DNA of 64,000 nt, taken from contig CAWKKR010000001.1 of assembly GCA_963850305.1 (NCBI GenBank), forward strand, positions 1 through 64,000, written 5' to 3'. The translations under genes and the position numbers were made by a program. The notes under the pieces are model-generated. The model was not told the origin of the DNA, ran no database searches, and saw only the letters and a list, made by a program, of their open reading frames with translations. Each line of letters begins with the position of its first letter. The stretch's first letter is position 1. This document shows, one piece after another, positions 11,153 to 19,982 of this stretch. The stretch comes from an uncultured delta proteobacterium (GTDB lineage Bacteria; Myxococcota_A; Polyangia; Polyangiales; Polyangiaceae).

Positions 11153-11549
11153 TTTCGCAGAACCGACCTCTGCGCGCCACCTTGCGTCACCCTGCGTCAC
11201 GGATGCTCCTGCCCTTGGCGCGCCCTGCGCCATACCGCGCCGGAACGATTGGGCCACGAGTGGCCAGAACGACGCGGCCAAGGAAATCACTGACGAGACG
11301 ACGACAGCGGCCGCGATTGGAGCTGGGAACCACTCCGCCCGCTCGCGGGTGTCGGAACGCGGGCGCCTGATCGCAGTCCTCGCTCGGGAGCTCGCCCTCG
11401 CCTACGAGGCCGGAGATCTCGGAGCCGCCCGCGTCACCCACCGCGCGATCGGGGCTCTGATCGGCGATGACTCCCGCGGCGGCGCCGGGCTGGTGACGCC
11501 CGATCCGCTCTTGGCTGTTCATGTCACCGATGGAACGGAGGACCAGTAA

Positions 11550-12035
11550 ATGGGCAAAATACGGAAGACCAGTCCACCCAACGGCGATTCGGGAAGCAAG
11601 GGGGGCGCTCCTCAGGACCCGGCACTTCGGGCATCGCAGCACTCCCTCCCGCCCTCGGCGGCCTCGGAGCCCGAGCCGGCGAGCCTGCTGAACGCCATCC
11701 GTGGGGTTCTCGGTCTCACCGCTTTCGGACTGCTCATCGTGGCCATCGCAAAACGAGAGCCAACCGCAGACGAGCGTCGCGAGGTTGAACTCCAGAAGAT
11801 GCTCTTCGGACGGACCATCACGCGCCGCGGTATCGCCGAGCTGGTACAGCTGTCATGGCGGCTCGCGTACACGGGCAAGGACTGGTGGAGCTTGAGCGCC
11901 GACGAGCGCCGCGATTTCGAACTCGGGATGAAGGCGTCGTGGGGCATCCTCACGGACCCCGAAGACGAGGAGCGGTCCGCGCTCATCTGCAAGTTGGCGA
12001 AACAGGGGTGGGCGGCAGCGAAGAAAAAGTCGTGA
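11550..12035 (+). CDS. Hypothetical protein (161 aa) in the islet
   Basis: ATG preceded by ggagga; no recognisable motif. Confidence 0.5.
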   Translation: MGKIRKTSPPNGDSGSKGGAPQDPALRASQHSLPPSAASEPEPASLLNAIRGVLGLTAFGLLIVAIAKREPTADERREVELQKMLFGRTITRRGIAELVQLSWRLAYTGKDWWSLSADERRDFELGMKASWGILTDPEDEERSALICKLAKQGWAAAKKKS

Positions 12036-12196
12036 AACAAGGTCACGCAAATCGACGGCGGTTCGCGTGCGGAACGTCGATCACTCCGACGGCGCTCGCC
12101 CTCAGCGATGGGCACAATGAAACCTCCTTCGCAGGTGAAGCGTTGCACAGCCGCGGAGACAAGCCGCCGAAGATAGACGGGCGCCGCTCGCCGCGC

Positions 12197-12793
12197 CTAC
12201 CTGTTCGCTAGCTGATCCTCGAGCAGATCAGCCAGGTACGCCGCCAAGTCGTCGACGTTGAATTGTCCGTTTGCCCAGTGTCGGTCTGCCGACTGCAAGG
12301 CCGCGTAGTATCGAGGACGGTCTTCCCTGATTCGCTCCGGAACGATCTTCGTTCCAGGCAAGAGAGCGCCATGCCGAAGACAGATCATGTAGTAGCTGGC
12401 AGCCCTCGCGGTGCGGCCGTTGCCCTCGATGAACGGGTGGATCCAGTTCAGGCGCCAGAGCGCGTACGCGGGCAGCAGGGTCGGATGATCCATGATGTCC
12501 CAGTTCTCGTGAACCACCGAGAGGAACTGGTCCATCAGTTCCGGGACGTTGTTGAAATGCGGGGGAATGTGATTGCCGACGTAGATCGGTTGTTCGCGAA
12601 AGCGCCCTCCGAACTGGGCGATGTTGGCGACCGCGGCAGCGTTCAGGGACCACAGCGTGTACTTGTCGAACGCTTCGATGCCCTTGGTGAGCCCGATCTC
12701 GATGCAATTCGTCAAGAGGTCGTACTGTCGCAGGAGATTTTGCTCCTGGACGCGTGCGAACAGCACCGGGTCGTCGCCTTGTCGGATCGACAT
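12197..12793 (-). CDS. Fic-domain AMP-transferase
   Basis: Canonical HPFIEGNGRTAR motif; GGRFREQPIYVGNHIPP flap. Confidence 0.93.
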   Translation of the reverse strand: MSIRQGDDPVLFARVQEQNLLRQYDLLTNCIEIGLTKGIEAFDKYTLWSLNAAAVANIAQFGGRFREQPIYVGNHIPPHFNNVPELMDQFLSVVHENWDIMDHPTLLPAYALWRLNWIHPFIEGNGRTARAASYYMICLRHGALLPGTKIVPERIREDRPRYYAALQSADRHWANGQFNVDDLAAYLADLLEDQLANR

Positions 12794-12815
12794 CGCCTAC
12801 CCCCGCGACTCGGCT

Positions 12816-13022
12816 CTACTCTTTCAGACGAATGTGCTCGGACGCGAAGCGCACCGAGTCCTTCGTGATCAGATCTGACGGCGGCGCATTTCCGAACGCG
12901 AAGCTGATTCGCTGCTCGTGAAGATCGGCCTCGGACACGCTCTTGCCGTGCGCCTCCTCGAGCAAGCGTTTCAACTCGGGCTTCACGGCGAGTGTGGACT
13001 GGAATTGCTTGCGGGCTGCCAT
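12816..13022 (-). CDS. Small protein (68 aa) upstream of fic; putative antitoxin
   Basis: ATG with a gagagg RBS; ends 22 nt before the fic start; EQRISFAFGN motif. Confidence 0.7.
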   Translation of the reverse strand: MAARKQFQSTLAVKPELKRLLEEAHGKSVSEADLHEQRISFAFGNAPPSDLITKDSVRFASEHIRLKE

Positions 13023-13417
13023 TTCGACCTCTCAGGCGTTCAGTATCTCACTCGGCGACGCCGCTCAAGACCAAGCCTCGCCTGGGTGAGCGTAGCGACC
13101 GCGGTCGAATGGGACAAGCTCCTGTATCAGGCGATAATGACTCTGTTTTCGTGCCCAGGGCAAGTAGCGCGATCAAAGGGACGCCCCCGGACGAAGCTCC
13201 CGCCCGCAATTTCCGGCGGACGTCCCGCGCGCGCGTCACCTCACGAAACCTGGACCGAGGGGGCTCCCCTGGCACCTCGGGAGCGGGGGGCCTGGTCACG
13301 GCGGCAGCGGAGCACACCGCGACCTTCAACGGGTGGCGTGCGCGGTGTGAGAATCACGTGACGGATCGATTTCTGGCAGCGCGCGGCGCGTTCGAGGGGA
13401 ATCGCACGGCCAGCTTC

Positions 13418-13546
13418 ATGCGGCGCGCGCAAGACAATCCGATTGTGTTCGCCGCGTTGTTGCTTACCACCCTCTTGTCGGTGCTCGGCGTATCGTGGCT
13501 GGAGCTGATACGTCGCGCATTTAGGTACGCAATGGGGCACGGCTAG
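13418..13546 (+). CDS. Possible small membrane peptide (42 aa)
   Basis: MRRAQDNPIVFAALLLTTLLSVLGVSWLEL...; one hydrophobic segment. Confidence 0.3.
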   Translation: MRRAQDNPIVFAALLLTTLLSVLGVSWLELIRRAFRYAMGHG

Positions 13547-13660
13547 CGCACCAATCCCGATCCGAGCGCACGTCACGCGCGCCTGACTAGCGCGCCACCC
13601 GCGTGCGCCGATGCGCATGACGCGGGAACAACCGATTGCCCCAGCGTGTACACCCTGATC

Positions 13661-13870
13661 ATGGCCGCCCGATTTGTCGCCCTTGCCCTGGCCTCCCTGC
13701 TGGCCGCTGGCGTCACGGCGACCCCCGCGGGCGCGACTTCGGGCGACAGCTGCCCGGCAGCGGGCTTGCGGCCCCTGTGTCATTTGGACGAGGGGCCAAC
13801 GTGCGTCTGTACCCGGAACCCGCGATCAGCGTCGGTCACGTGCACCTGGACGTGCAGCCCAAAGCCGTAG
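13661..13870 (+). CDS. Small secreted six-Cys peptide (69 aa)
   Basis: Signal peptide MAARFVALALASLLAAGVTATPAGA, then C-x8-C-x7-CxC-x10-CxxxC. Confidence 0.6.
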   Translation: MAARFVALALASLLAAGVTATPAGATSGDSCPAAGLRPLCHLDEGPTCVCTRNPRSASVTCTWTCSPKP

Positions 13871-13929
13871 GGCGTCGGGCTGCTCGACGGGCTTTCGTGC
13901 GTCAGGTGGGCGTGCGACGCTCGCCGATC

Positions 13930-14250
13930 ATGGCGAATGCAGAAGAGGACAGGCTCAAGATCAGCGTCTTGAAGATCCCGGCAAGCACGGCCGCGTCGGC
14001 GGTGACCTACACGATCCTGTGGGACTTCCCAAAGGTGCTGCTGGCGACGGTCATGCGCGACCGGGTCACCTGCACGCGGGGTGAGCTCTTCCTCGCTATT
14101 GCGACGGTGGGCGAGTGGCTCAACAATCTTCAGAAGGATCGCAGCATGCGGTTTGAGCAGTTCGGTCAGCTCTTCGCTGATCCCGGCGAGCGAAGCGGCG
14201 ATCCCGTCCTACTTTCGCTCACGATGCGTGACGCCGATTCGGAGGCGTGA
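13930..14250 (+). CDS. Hypothetical protein (106 aa) in the islet
   Basis: MANAEEDRLKISVLKIP...; globular composition and coding-like GC3. Confidence 0.55.
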   Translation: MANAEEDRLKISVLKIPASTAASAVTYTILWDFPKVLLATVMRDRVTCTRGELFLAIATVGEWLNNLQKDRSMRFEQFGQLFADPGERSGDPVLLSLTMRDADSEA

Positions 14251-14288
14251 GCCCCACGCGACGTGTCTCGTGGCTCTCGCGTTCACCA

Positions 14289-14370
14289 GGTACCCGCAGA
14301 GGTACCCGCACCGCGTTGGCCGTCGCCATCCTGGCCCCCGTCGCGATGCAGGTACCCGCAGAGGTACCCG
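14289..14370. repeat. Two GGTACCCGCAGAGGTACCCG doublets, putative integrase arm sites
   Basis: ggtacccg at 14289, 14301, 14351 and 14363. Confidence 0.65.
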
Positions 14371-14419
14371 CATCGCTTTCGTCAGGGGCGCCCGATTGCG
14401 AATCGGGCATCTTTTCCGG

Positions 14420-14492
14420 AGCGGGACACGAGATTCGAACTCGCGACCCCAAGCTTGGGAAGCTTGTGCTCTACCAACTGAGCTAGTCCCGC
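14420..14492 (-). tRNA. tRNA-Gly(CCC)
   Basis: GCGGGACTAGCTCAGTTGGTAGAGCA-CAAGC-TTCCCAA-GCTTG-GGGTC-GCGAG-TTCGAAT-CTCGT-GTCCCGCT folds as a cloverleaf. Confidence 0.97.
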
Positions 14493-14598
14493 AATGACCG
14501 CCCGAAGCGTACTCCCAGCCCGGCACCCGCAGGAAGCAAGAAGAACCGATGCCGCGACGACACGCACCTTGACGGCGCGGGCCGGAGTCCCTTATCAA

Positions 14599-14841
14599 AT
14601 GGGGCGCGTGAAGCTAGCGACGATTCAGTCCGTTTGCGAATGCGAGGCGAAGCTTTGCGCGGACCTCGACGAACGTCATGTCGTCGTGCGCGGATGGGCC
14701 CGAGACCGATACGGGCGAGAGACGGTCGCCCCGGCGCACAGCATCAGCCCCGGTTCCCCGCGTTTTCAGGTGGCGTGGTCTTGCCCCATCTGTACGCGGA
14801 ATCAACTGCGAGCGTTCGACGCCAGCGCGCTTCCGGGCTGA
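14599..14841 (+). CDS. Small putative Zn-binding protein (80 aa)
   Basis: CEC ... WSCPIC cysteine pairs; divergent from tRNA-Gly. Confidence 0.65.
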   Translation: MGRVKLATIQSVCECEAKLCADLDERHVVVRGWARDRYGRETVAPAHSISPGSPRFQVAWSCPICTRNQLRAFDASALPG

Positions 14842-14874
14842 ACTGACTCTGCCCGAAATCTCCCGGCCGCGGCG

Positions 14875-16011
14875 CTAGAAGGACCGCTCATAGAGCGCGA
14901 ATAGGTCGTCTCGCGTGCAGGAGCGTGGATTCGACCGGTGACACGCGTCGGCGAAGGCGAGATCCGCGAGGGCGCCGAGTTGCTCCCGGCTCACACCCAC
15001 CGTTTCCAGTCCGCTCGGCAGCCCCACCTTCGTGCGCAGATCGCGGAGGATCGCCGCGCAGCTTCCGGCGCTGCCATTGCCCCCGAAGATCCGGGACACG
15101 CGGCCCAATCGATCCTGAGCGGTGCCCTCGTTGAACTCGACGACGGCGGGCAAACAGAGGGCGTTCGCCAGCCCATGGTGAAGCCCGCATTCGCTCGACA
15201 GAGGATGGGCGAGCGAGTGGCAGGCGCCCAGTCCCTTCTGGAACGCGACGGCGCCCATCATCGCCGCCTTCATCATGCCGCCGCGCGCTTCGAGCTCGTC
15301 TCCGCGGAGAACCGCATCCGCCAGATGTCGCGCCGTCAGTTCGAGACCGCCCAATGCGATAGCGTCGGCCATCGGATGATCGCCGCTGGAGACGTATGAT
15401 TCGAGGCAATGAGTCAGCGCATCGAACCCGGTGGCCGCGGTCGTCTTCGGGGGCATCGAGCGCGTCAGCTCCGGATCCAAAATCGCGACCCTGGGCATCA
15501 AGTTCGGCGAGAAGATCACGGTCTTTCTGCCCGTCGACTTGACGGTGAGGACGCCGGAGCGCCCCACCTCGCTCCCGGTGCCCGCGGTCGTCGGGAGCGC
15601 AATCACTGGCGCGAGCCCGGGCGGAATGTGCCTTCCGCCGTCGACCGCGTCATCCAACTGTTCGAAGGGCAGGGTCACGCGCGCGCGCAGGACCACGAGC
15701 TTCGCCATATCGATGGCTGAACCACCCCCGACGGCGACCACGCCGTCCGCGCTCGCCGACGCGAACGCCCGAGCTCCCTCTTCTACATTGGCCTCGCTCG
15801 GATTGGCTTCGGTGCGATCGAAGACGGTCACGTCGATTCCCGCGCGCGAGATGGATTGAATCAAGGGCTCGATGAGACCTGCGCGGAGAACCCCTGCATC
15901 GGTGACCAGCAGGGCGCGTGTCACGCCGAGTGCCCGGGCCTCCTCACCGGCACGTGCCGCTTCGCCATTCCCGAAAAGAATCCGCGTCGGAAAGCTCCAG
16001 ATCGCCCTCAT
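14875..16011 (-). CDS. Iron-containing alcohol dehydrogenase
   Basis: FPTRILFG, GGGSAID, PTTAGTGSE, DALTHCLES, HSLAH, HHGLANA. Confidence 0.95.
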   Translation of the reverse strand: MRAIWSFPTRILFGNGEAARAGEEARALGVTRALLVTDAGVLRAGLIEPLIQSISRAGIDVTVFDRTEANPSEANVEEGARAFASASADGVVAVGGGSAIDMAKLVVLRARVTLPFEQLDDAVDGGRHIPPGLAPVIALPTTAGTGSEVGRSGVLTVKSTGRKTVIFSPNLMPRVAILDPELTRSMPPKTTAATGFDALTHCLESYVSSGDHPMADAIALGGLELTARHLADAVLRGDELEARGGMMKAAMMGAVAFQKGLGACHSLAHPLSSECGLHHGLANALCLPAVVEFNEGTAQDRLGRVSRIFGGNGSAGSCAAILRDLRTKVGLPSGLETVGVSREQLGALADLAFADACHRSNPRSCTRDDLFALYERSF

Positions 16012-16016
16012 GACAT

Positions 16017-17423
16017 TCACACCGTCTCGAAATAGCGCCGCAGTTCCCAGTCGGTGACGGCGCGGTTGTAAAGGCGCGTCTCCCACCGCCTCGTGGCGAC
16101 ATAATGCTCCACGAACGGAGCACCGAGGATCTGGCGCGCGGCGCGGCTCTTTTCTAGCAGGTCCGTGGCCTCCTGCAGTGTCCGGGGTAGCCGGTCCGGA
16201 CCATCGTCGCCCGCGTCGCCTTTGGTTTCGGGCGGCAGTTCCAGATCTTTTTCGATACCGTAGAGTCCAGCGGCCAGCGAGGTCGCCATCGTGAGATAGG
16301 GGTTCATGTCGGCGGCGGTCTGACGGTACTCGACCCGGATCGCCTTTGGCTCTCCCAGGCCGATGACACGCAACGCGCACGTGCGGTTTTCGACGCCCCA
16401 GGCCGACACGAGCGGGGCCCAGACTCCCGGAACGTAACGCTTGTACGAGTTGATCGTCGGGGAATAGAGCGCCGTGAGCTCGCGCATCAAGCGCAGTTGC
16501 CCGGCCATGTACGCCCGCATCACCTTCGACATGCCGCGGGGCGCACGCGGGTCGTAGAAGACGTTCTCCGAGCCTCGCCACAGGCTCTGGTGGAGATGCC
16601 CGCTGCAGCCCGGCAGCTTGTCGTTCCACTTGGCCATGAAGGTGGCCGAAAGCCCGTGCCGGTGTGCGATCTGTTTCATCGCCACCTTGAAGAGCGCCGC
16701 CTGATCCGCGGCGCGGAGCGCGTCGTCGTACTGAATCGCCGCCTCGTAGACGCCGGGCCCGGTCTCCGTATGAAGCGCTTCGATCTGGATGTCGAAATCG
16801 CGCATCGAATCCAGGATCGAGCGCATCAGCTCCGCATCCTGTCCCGTGCGGACCCAGCTGTAGCCGAACATTCCGGGATCGAGCGGTGCGAGGTGGCGGA
16901 ACCCCTTCTCTTCGAGCGTGTCGCGAGTTTCCTGGAAGAGGAAGAACTCGTACTCGGCACCGAACTTCGGTGAAAAGCCCATCTTCTCCGCCCGCGCGAT
17001 GATCCGGCGCAGGAGGGATCGAGGGCAGGCCGGATGGTCGTGCCCGTCGGCGTCACGGAAGTCGCAGAGCATGGCGGCGACTCCTGGCTCCCACGGGATC
17101 GAGCGCAGCGTCAGAGGATCGAGCACCGCGTGAGCATCGGGGTAGCCCGTGTGCGGGCCAGTGACCTTGGCGTCGTCGTAGACGGCGTCTCCGATGTCCC
17201 AGCCGAAGATGACGTCGCAAAAGCCAAACCCCTTGGCGAGCGCCGAACGGAGCTTTGTCGCCGAGACGTATTTCCCGCGAAGAACGCCGTCAATGTCGAA
17301 GCCGCCAATCTTGGCCTCCTTGATGCCCTCGGCTTCGAGCTTGGCCACGATCTGGTCGGCGGGAGCCTGGCTGGCGTCACGACGCGGGCGTGGAGCCCCC
17401 TTCTTCTTCTTCCGTGGCTTCAT
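16017..17423 (-). CDS. Glutamine synthetase-like gamma-glutamyl-amine ligase (PuuA/GlnA4-like)
   Basis: DIDGVLRGK, EYEFFL, HTETGPGVYE, TFMAK, GCSGHLHQSL, WGVENRT, RVEYR. Confidence 0.9.
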   Translation of the reverse strand: MKPRKKKKGAPRPRRDASQAPADQIVAKLEAEGIKEAKIGGFDIDGVLRGKYVSATKLRSALAKGFGFCDVIFGWDIGDAVYDDAKVTGPHTGYPDAHAVLDPLTLRSIPWEPGVAAMLCDFRDADGHDHPACPRSLLRRIIARAEKMGFSPKFGAEYEFFLFQETRDTLEEKGFRHLAPLDPGMFGYSWVRTGQDAELMRSILDSMRDFDIQIEALHTETGPGVYEAAIQYDDALRAADQAALFKVAMKQIAHRHGLSATFMAKWNDKLPGCSGHLHQSLWRGSENVFYDPRAPRGMSKVMRAYMAGQLRLMRELTALYSPTINSYKRYVPGVWAPLVSAWGVENRTCALRVIGLGEPKAIRVEYRQTAADMNPYLTMATSLAAGLYGIEKDLELPPETKGDAGDDGPDRLPRTLQEATDLLEKSRAARQILGAPFVEHYVATRRWETRLYNRAVTDWELRRYFETV

Positions 17424-17498
17424 CGGCTGCCAGACTCTCCTGTAAGGTCAGGGGAGTCTACATCCAGTTCCGCGGGCGAGGCAGCAGCCAGACCCCGC

Positions 17499-18335
17499 TT
17501 ATCTGCCATTTGCCTGGGCTAGGGCACCCGAAATGCTGTCGATCAGTTCCTCGACCCCGTAGGGCTTCGCAACGTAGCCGACGACCCAGGGATGCGTCAG
17601 GAGGTCCGCGTCAACGTCCTCTTCCGCAAGCCCGCTCGTGAGGATAACCTTCGCGTCTTCCCCTCGGTCACGCATCGCCTCCAGCACGTCCCGCGCGGAC
17701 CGTCCGGCGGACAGGTTGACGTCAAGGAGCAGAACATCGATCGGCGGATCGTGGAGGGCGAGCACGCGAAGTGCCTCGTCCCCCGTACCGACCGTGACGG
17801 GTACGAACCCGTATTCCTCGAGCAAGCCTGCCGTCAGTGCGCCCAGACGCGCTTCGTCGTCGCAAATCAAGACGATCGGCCGAGGTTTCTCCGTTCCCGG
17901 GTGCTCCCCTTCCCGGCTGGACGCGGTCGCACCGCTCTCGCCGTCGGACGACACCACGCGGCCTTGCGTGCAGACATAGAGGACGTCCACGGGTGGAGAT
18001 GCGTCGACCCCGTGTCTCATCGTCAGCATGCCGGCACGCGAGTCGCCCGCGAGACCCGCTAGCGCGACGGAAACGGGTAAAGTCTCACGATCGGCCGGCG
18101 CCTTCCCGAGGGCTGCCTCGACCCTGGACCGGTCCCACACCGAGAAAAGCTCGGCGACCTTGGTCCCAACGGCTCCGTCCGCCGACCGGCGTCCCAGCAG
18201 ACGCGGCAGCTGTGCGCCGAGATAAAGGACGGTACCGCCACAATGGATACAGAACCCATCGCGGGCCCAATCGAAGCCGGCGGGAGCAAGCTGCTTCGCT
18301 AACTCCAGCAGGCCATCGGCGCGGCGCGATGACAC
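17499..18335 (-). CDS. Response regulator (C-terminal REC domain, degenerate PAS-like N-terminus)
   Basis: VLICDDE, LLLDVNL, ILTSG, VAKPY. Confidence 0.85.
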   Translation of the reverse strand: MSSRRADGLLELAKQLAPAGFDWARDGFCIHCGGTVLYLGAQLPRLLGRRSADGAVGTKVAELFSVWDRSRVEAALGKAPADRETLPVSVALAGLAGDSRAGMLTMRHGVDASPPVDVLYVCTQGRVVSSDGESGATASSREGEHPGTEKPRPIVLICDDEARLGALTAGLLEEYGFVPVTVGTGDEALRVLALHDPPIDVLLLDVNLSAGRSARDVLEAMRDRGEDAKVILTSGLAEEDVDADLLTHPWVVGYVAKPYGVEELIDSISGALAQANGR

Positions 18336-18470
18336 GCCGCGACTGAGAACGTCCGCCGTACTCTGATTCTCGCAAGAGCCCCTCTAACGCCTTCACTCTA
18401 ACTGATGCCGAACGGAAACGCCATGCCTCTCGCATCCGCCCGGTAGCCTTGTAACTCCTCGCTCCTCGGC

Positions 18471-19922
18471 TCAGCCGCGGCCGTCCGGGTGAACGGCGCG
18501 ATGGACGGCCAGGGCAATGCCCCCGACGACGGTGGCTCCCGCGACCCATCCGAGCCGGACCGGCCCGAGCGTGAAGACGACTCCTCTGGCCGCCGCGTAG
18601 GCTTCATCGGCAAGGGTGATCAGAATGCCCGCAACAACCAGCCCTCCGGGTAACAGGAATGCCCGCACCACCGCCGCGGAGCTCGGCGGGATCGTGATCG
18701 GCAGTCTCGGAGGGGGCGGCAGCGACTCCGGAACGACCGCGCGTGCGGACAGCGGAGCTCCCACCGGGGCCGGCGCGAGCTCGACGAACGCCCCGCGCGT
18801 GACGTGAGGCTCGGGCGCCGACGCTGCTCCGGGATCGGATCCCGGCGCGGTGGACAGCTCGCCCATGTCGAATTCGAGAGACGGTGCCCCGTGCCTTTCG
18901 CGACCACCTGCGCCGTCGGAAGCCTCGAACCTCGGCGACGGATAACTTCCGGATCGCCCGGCATCGCGCGGCCGACTCACGCCGAGAGCGTCCAGAAGCG
19001 CGTCCCAGAACTGGCCCGCTTCGGGGAAACGCAAGCGCGGATCAACAGCCAGTGCGCGCTGAAAGACCGCCTCGACGCTCGACGAAACCGTGACGCCTTC
19101 GCTGCGCGGCGTCGGGCGCCGCTCGGGATCGAGGGCCGTTCCCATCATGGCAGCGTGATCGCCGTCGATGACGGGCCTCCCCGCGAGGACCTCGACGACG
19201 GTGAGCGCGAGTCCCCACACGTCGGTCCAAGGCCCCGTCTGTCCGTAGTGCTTGGGGGACCACTGCTCGGGAGCGCCGTAGGCGGGCGTGAACGAAGTCG
19301 TTCCGCCGTCCACCTCACTCACACGACCTGCGACCTGACTCGCGACGCTCTTTGCCTTTCCGATCCCGAAATCCAGGATCTTCACGACCTGCTCTCCGCC
19401 GACGCGCGCCAGAAAAACGTTTTCCGGCTTCACGTCGGCGTGCACGATCGAGATCCGTCCCTCCGGGCCCTCGAAGTTGTGTGCGCGCTCCAGCGCGCGC
19501 GCCACCGGATTCAGGAGCTCGATGACCGCCTCGATCTTGGGGGGCGCTTGTCCCGTTTCGCGTCTTCGCCTGGAAGCCTCCGCGAGCGTCTCGCCGTCCA
19601 GCCATTCGAGCGCAAGGAACGGCATGAAGCTCCCATCCGGCGCGACCACGGCCTCGACGTGAAGCGGGCGTACTACCGTCGGAATGCTCCCCGATAGCTT
19701 GAAGAGCAGCTCCGCCTCCGCGTGAAACTGCTCCTCGAACTTGAACTGGTCCTCGTCGCTCAGATACTGGGGGATCTTCAGACACTTGAGCGCCACGGGA
19801 GCGCGAAACCCGGCGTGATACGCGCGATAGACGACCGCAAATCCACCTTCTGCGACGACGGCCTCGACCTGAAACGCACCGACGACGGTGGTCCCGACGA
19901 TGCCGAAAACGTCGCTTGCCAT
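18471..19922 (-). CDS. Hanks-type Ser/Thr kinase with C-terminal TM helices
   Basis: AEGGFAVVY, VALKCL, HADVKPEN (non-RD), DFG, YGAPEQW, TDVWGL. Confidence 0.93.
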   Translation of the reverse strand: MASDVFGIVGTTVVGAFQVEAVVAEGGFAVVYRAYHAGFRAPVALKCLKIPQYLSDEDQFKFEEQFHAEAELLFKLSGSIPTVVRPLHVEAVVAPDGSFMPFLALEWLDGETLAEASRRRRETGQAPPKIEAVIELLNPVARALERAHNFEGPEGRISIVHADVKPENVFLARVGGEQVVKILDFGIGKAKSVASQVAGRVSEVDGGTTSFTPAYGAPEQWSPKHYGQTGPWTDVWGLALTVVEVLAGRPVIDGDHAAMMGTALDPERRPTPRSEGVTVSSSVEAVFQRALAVDPRLRFPEAGQFWDALLDALGVSRPRDAGRSGSYPSPRFEASDGAGGRERHGAPSLEFDMGELSTAPGSDPGAASAPEPHVTRGAFVELAPAPVGAPLSARAVVPESLPPPPRLPITIPPSSAAVVRAFLLPGGLVVAGILITLADEAYAAARGVVFTLGPVRLGWVAGATVVGGIALAVHRAVHPDGRG

Positions 19923-19982
19923 GGTTGATTTGCGAGAGCTCCCCTTTTTCGGCAAGGGTAACAGAGTCCGAGTCCCGCCGGC

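Larger units (their letters stand above)
11108..14461. mobile_element. ~3.3-kb genomic islet integrated at tRNA-Gly(CCC); no integrase visible
   Basis: Bounded by 45-bp direct repeats that match the tRNA 3' end; cargo is a Fic module and orphan ORFs. Confidence 0.85.
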
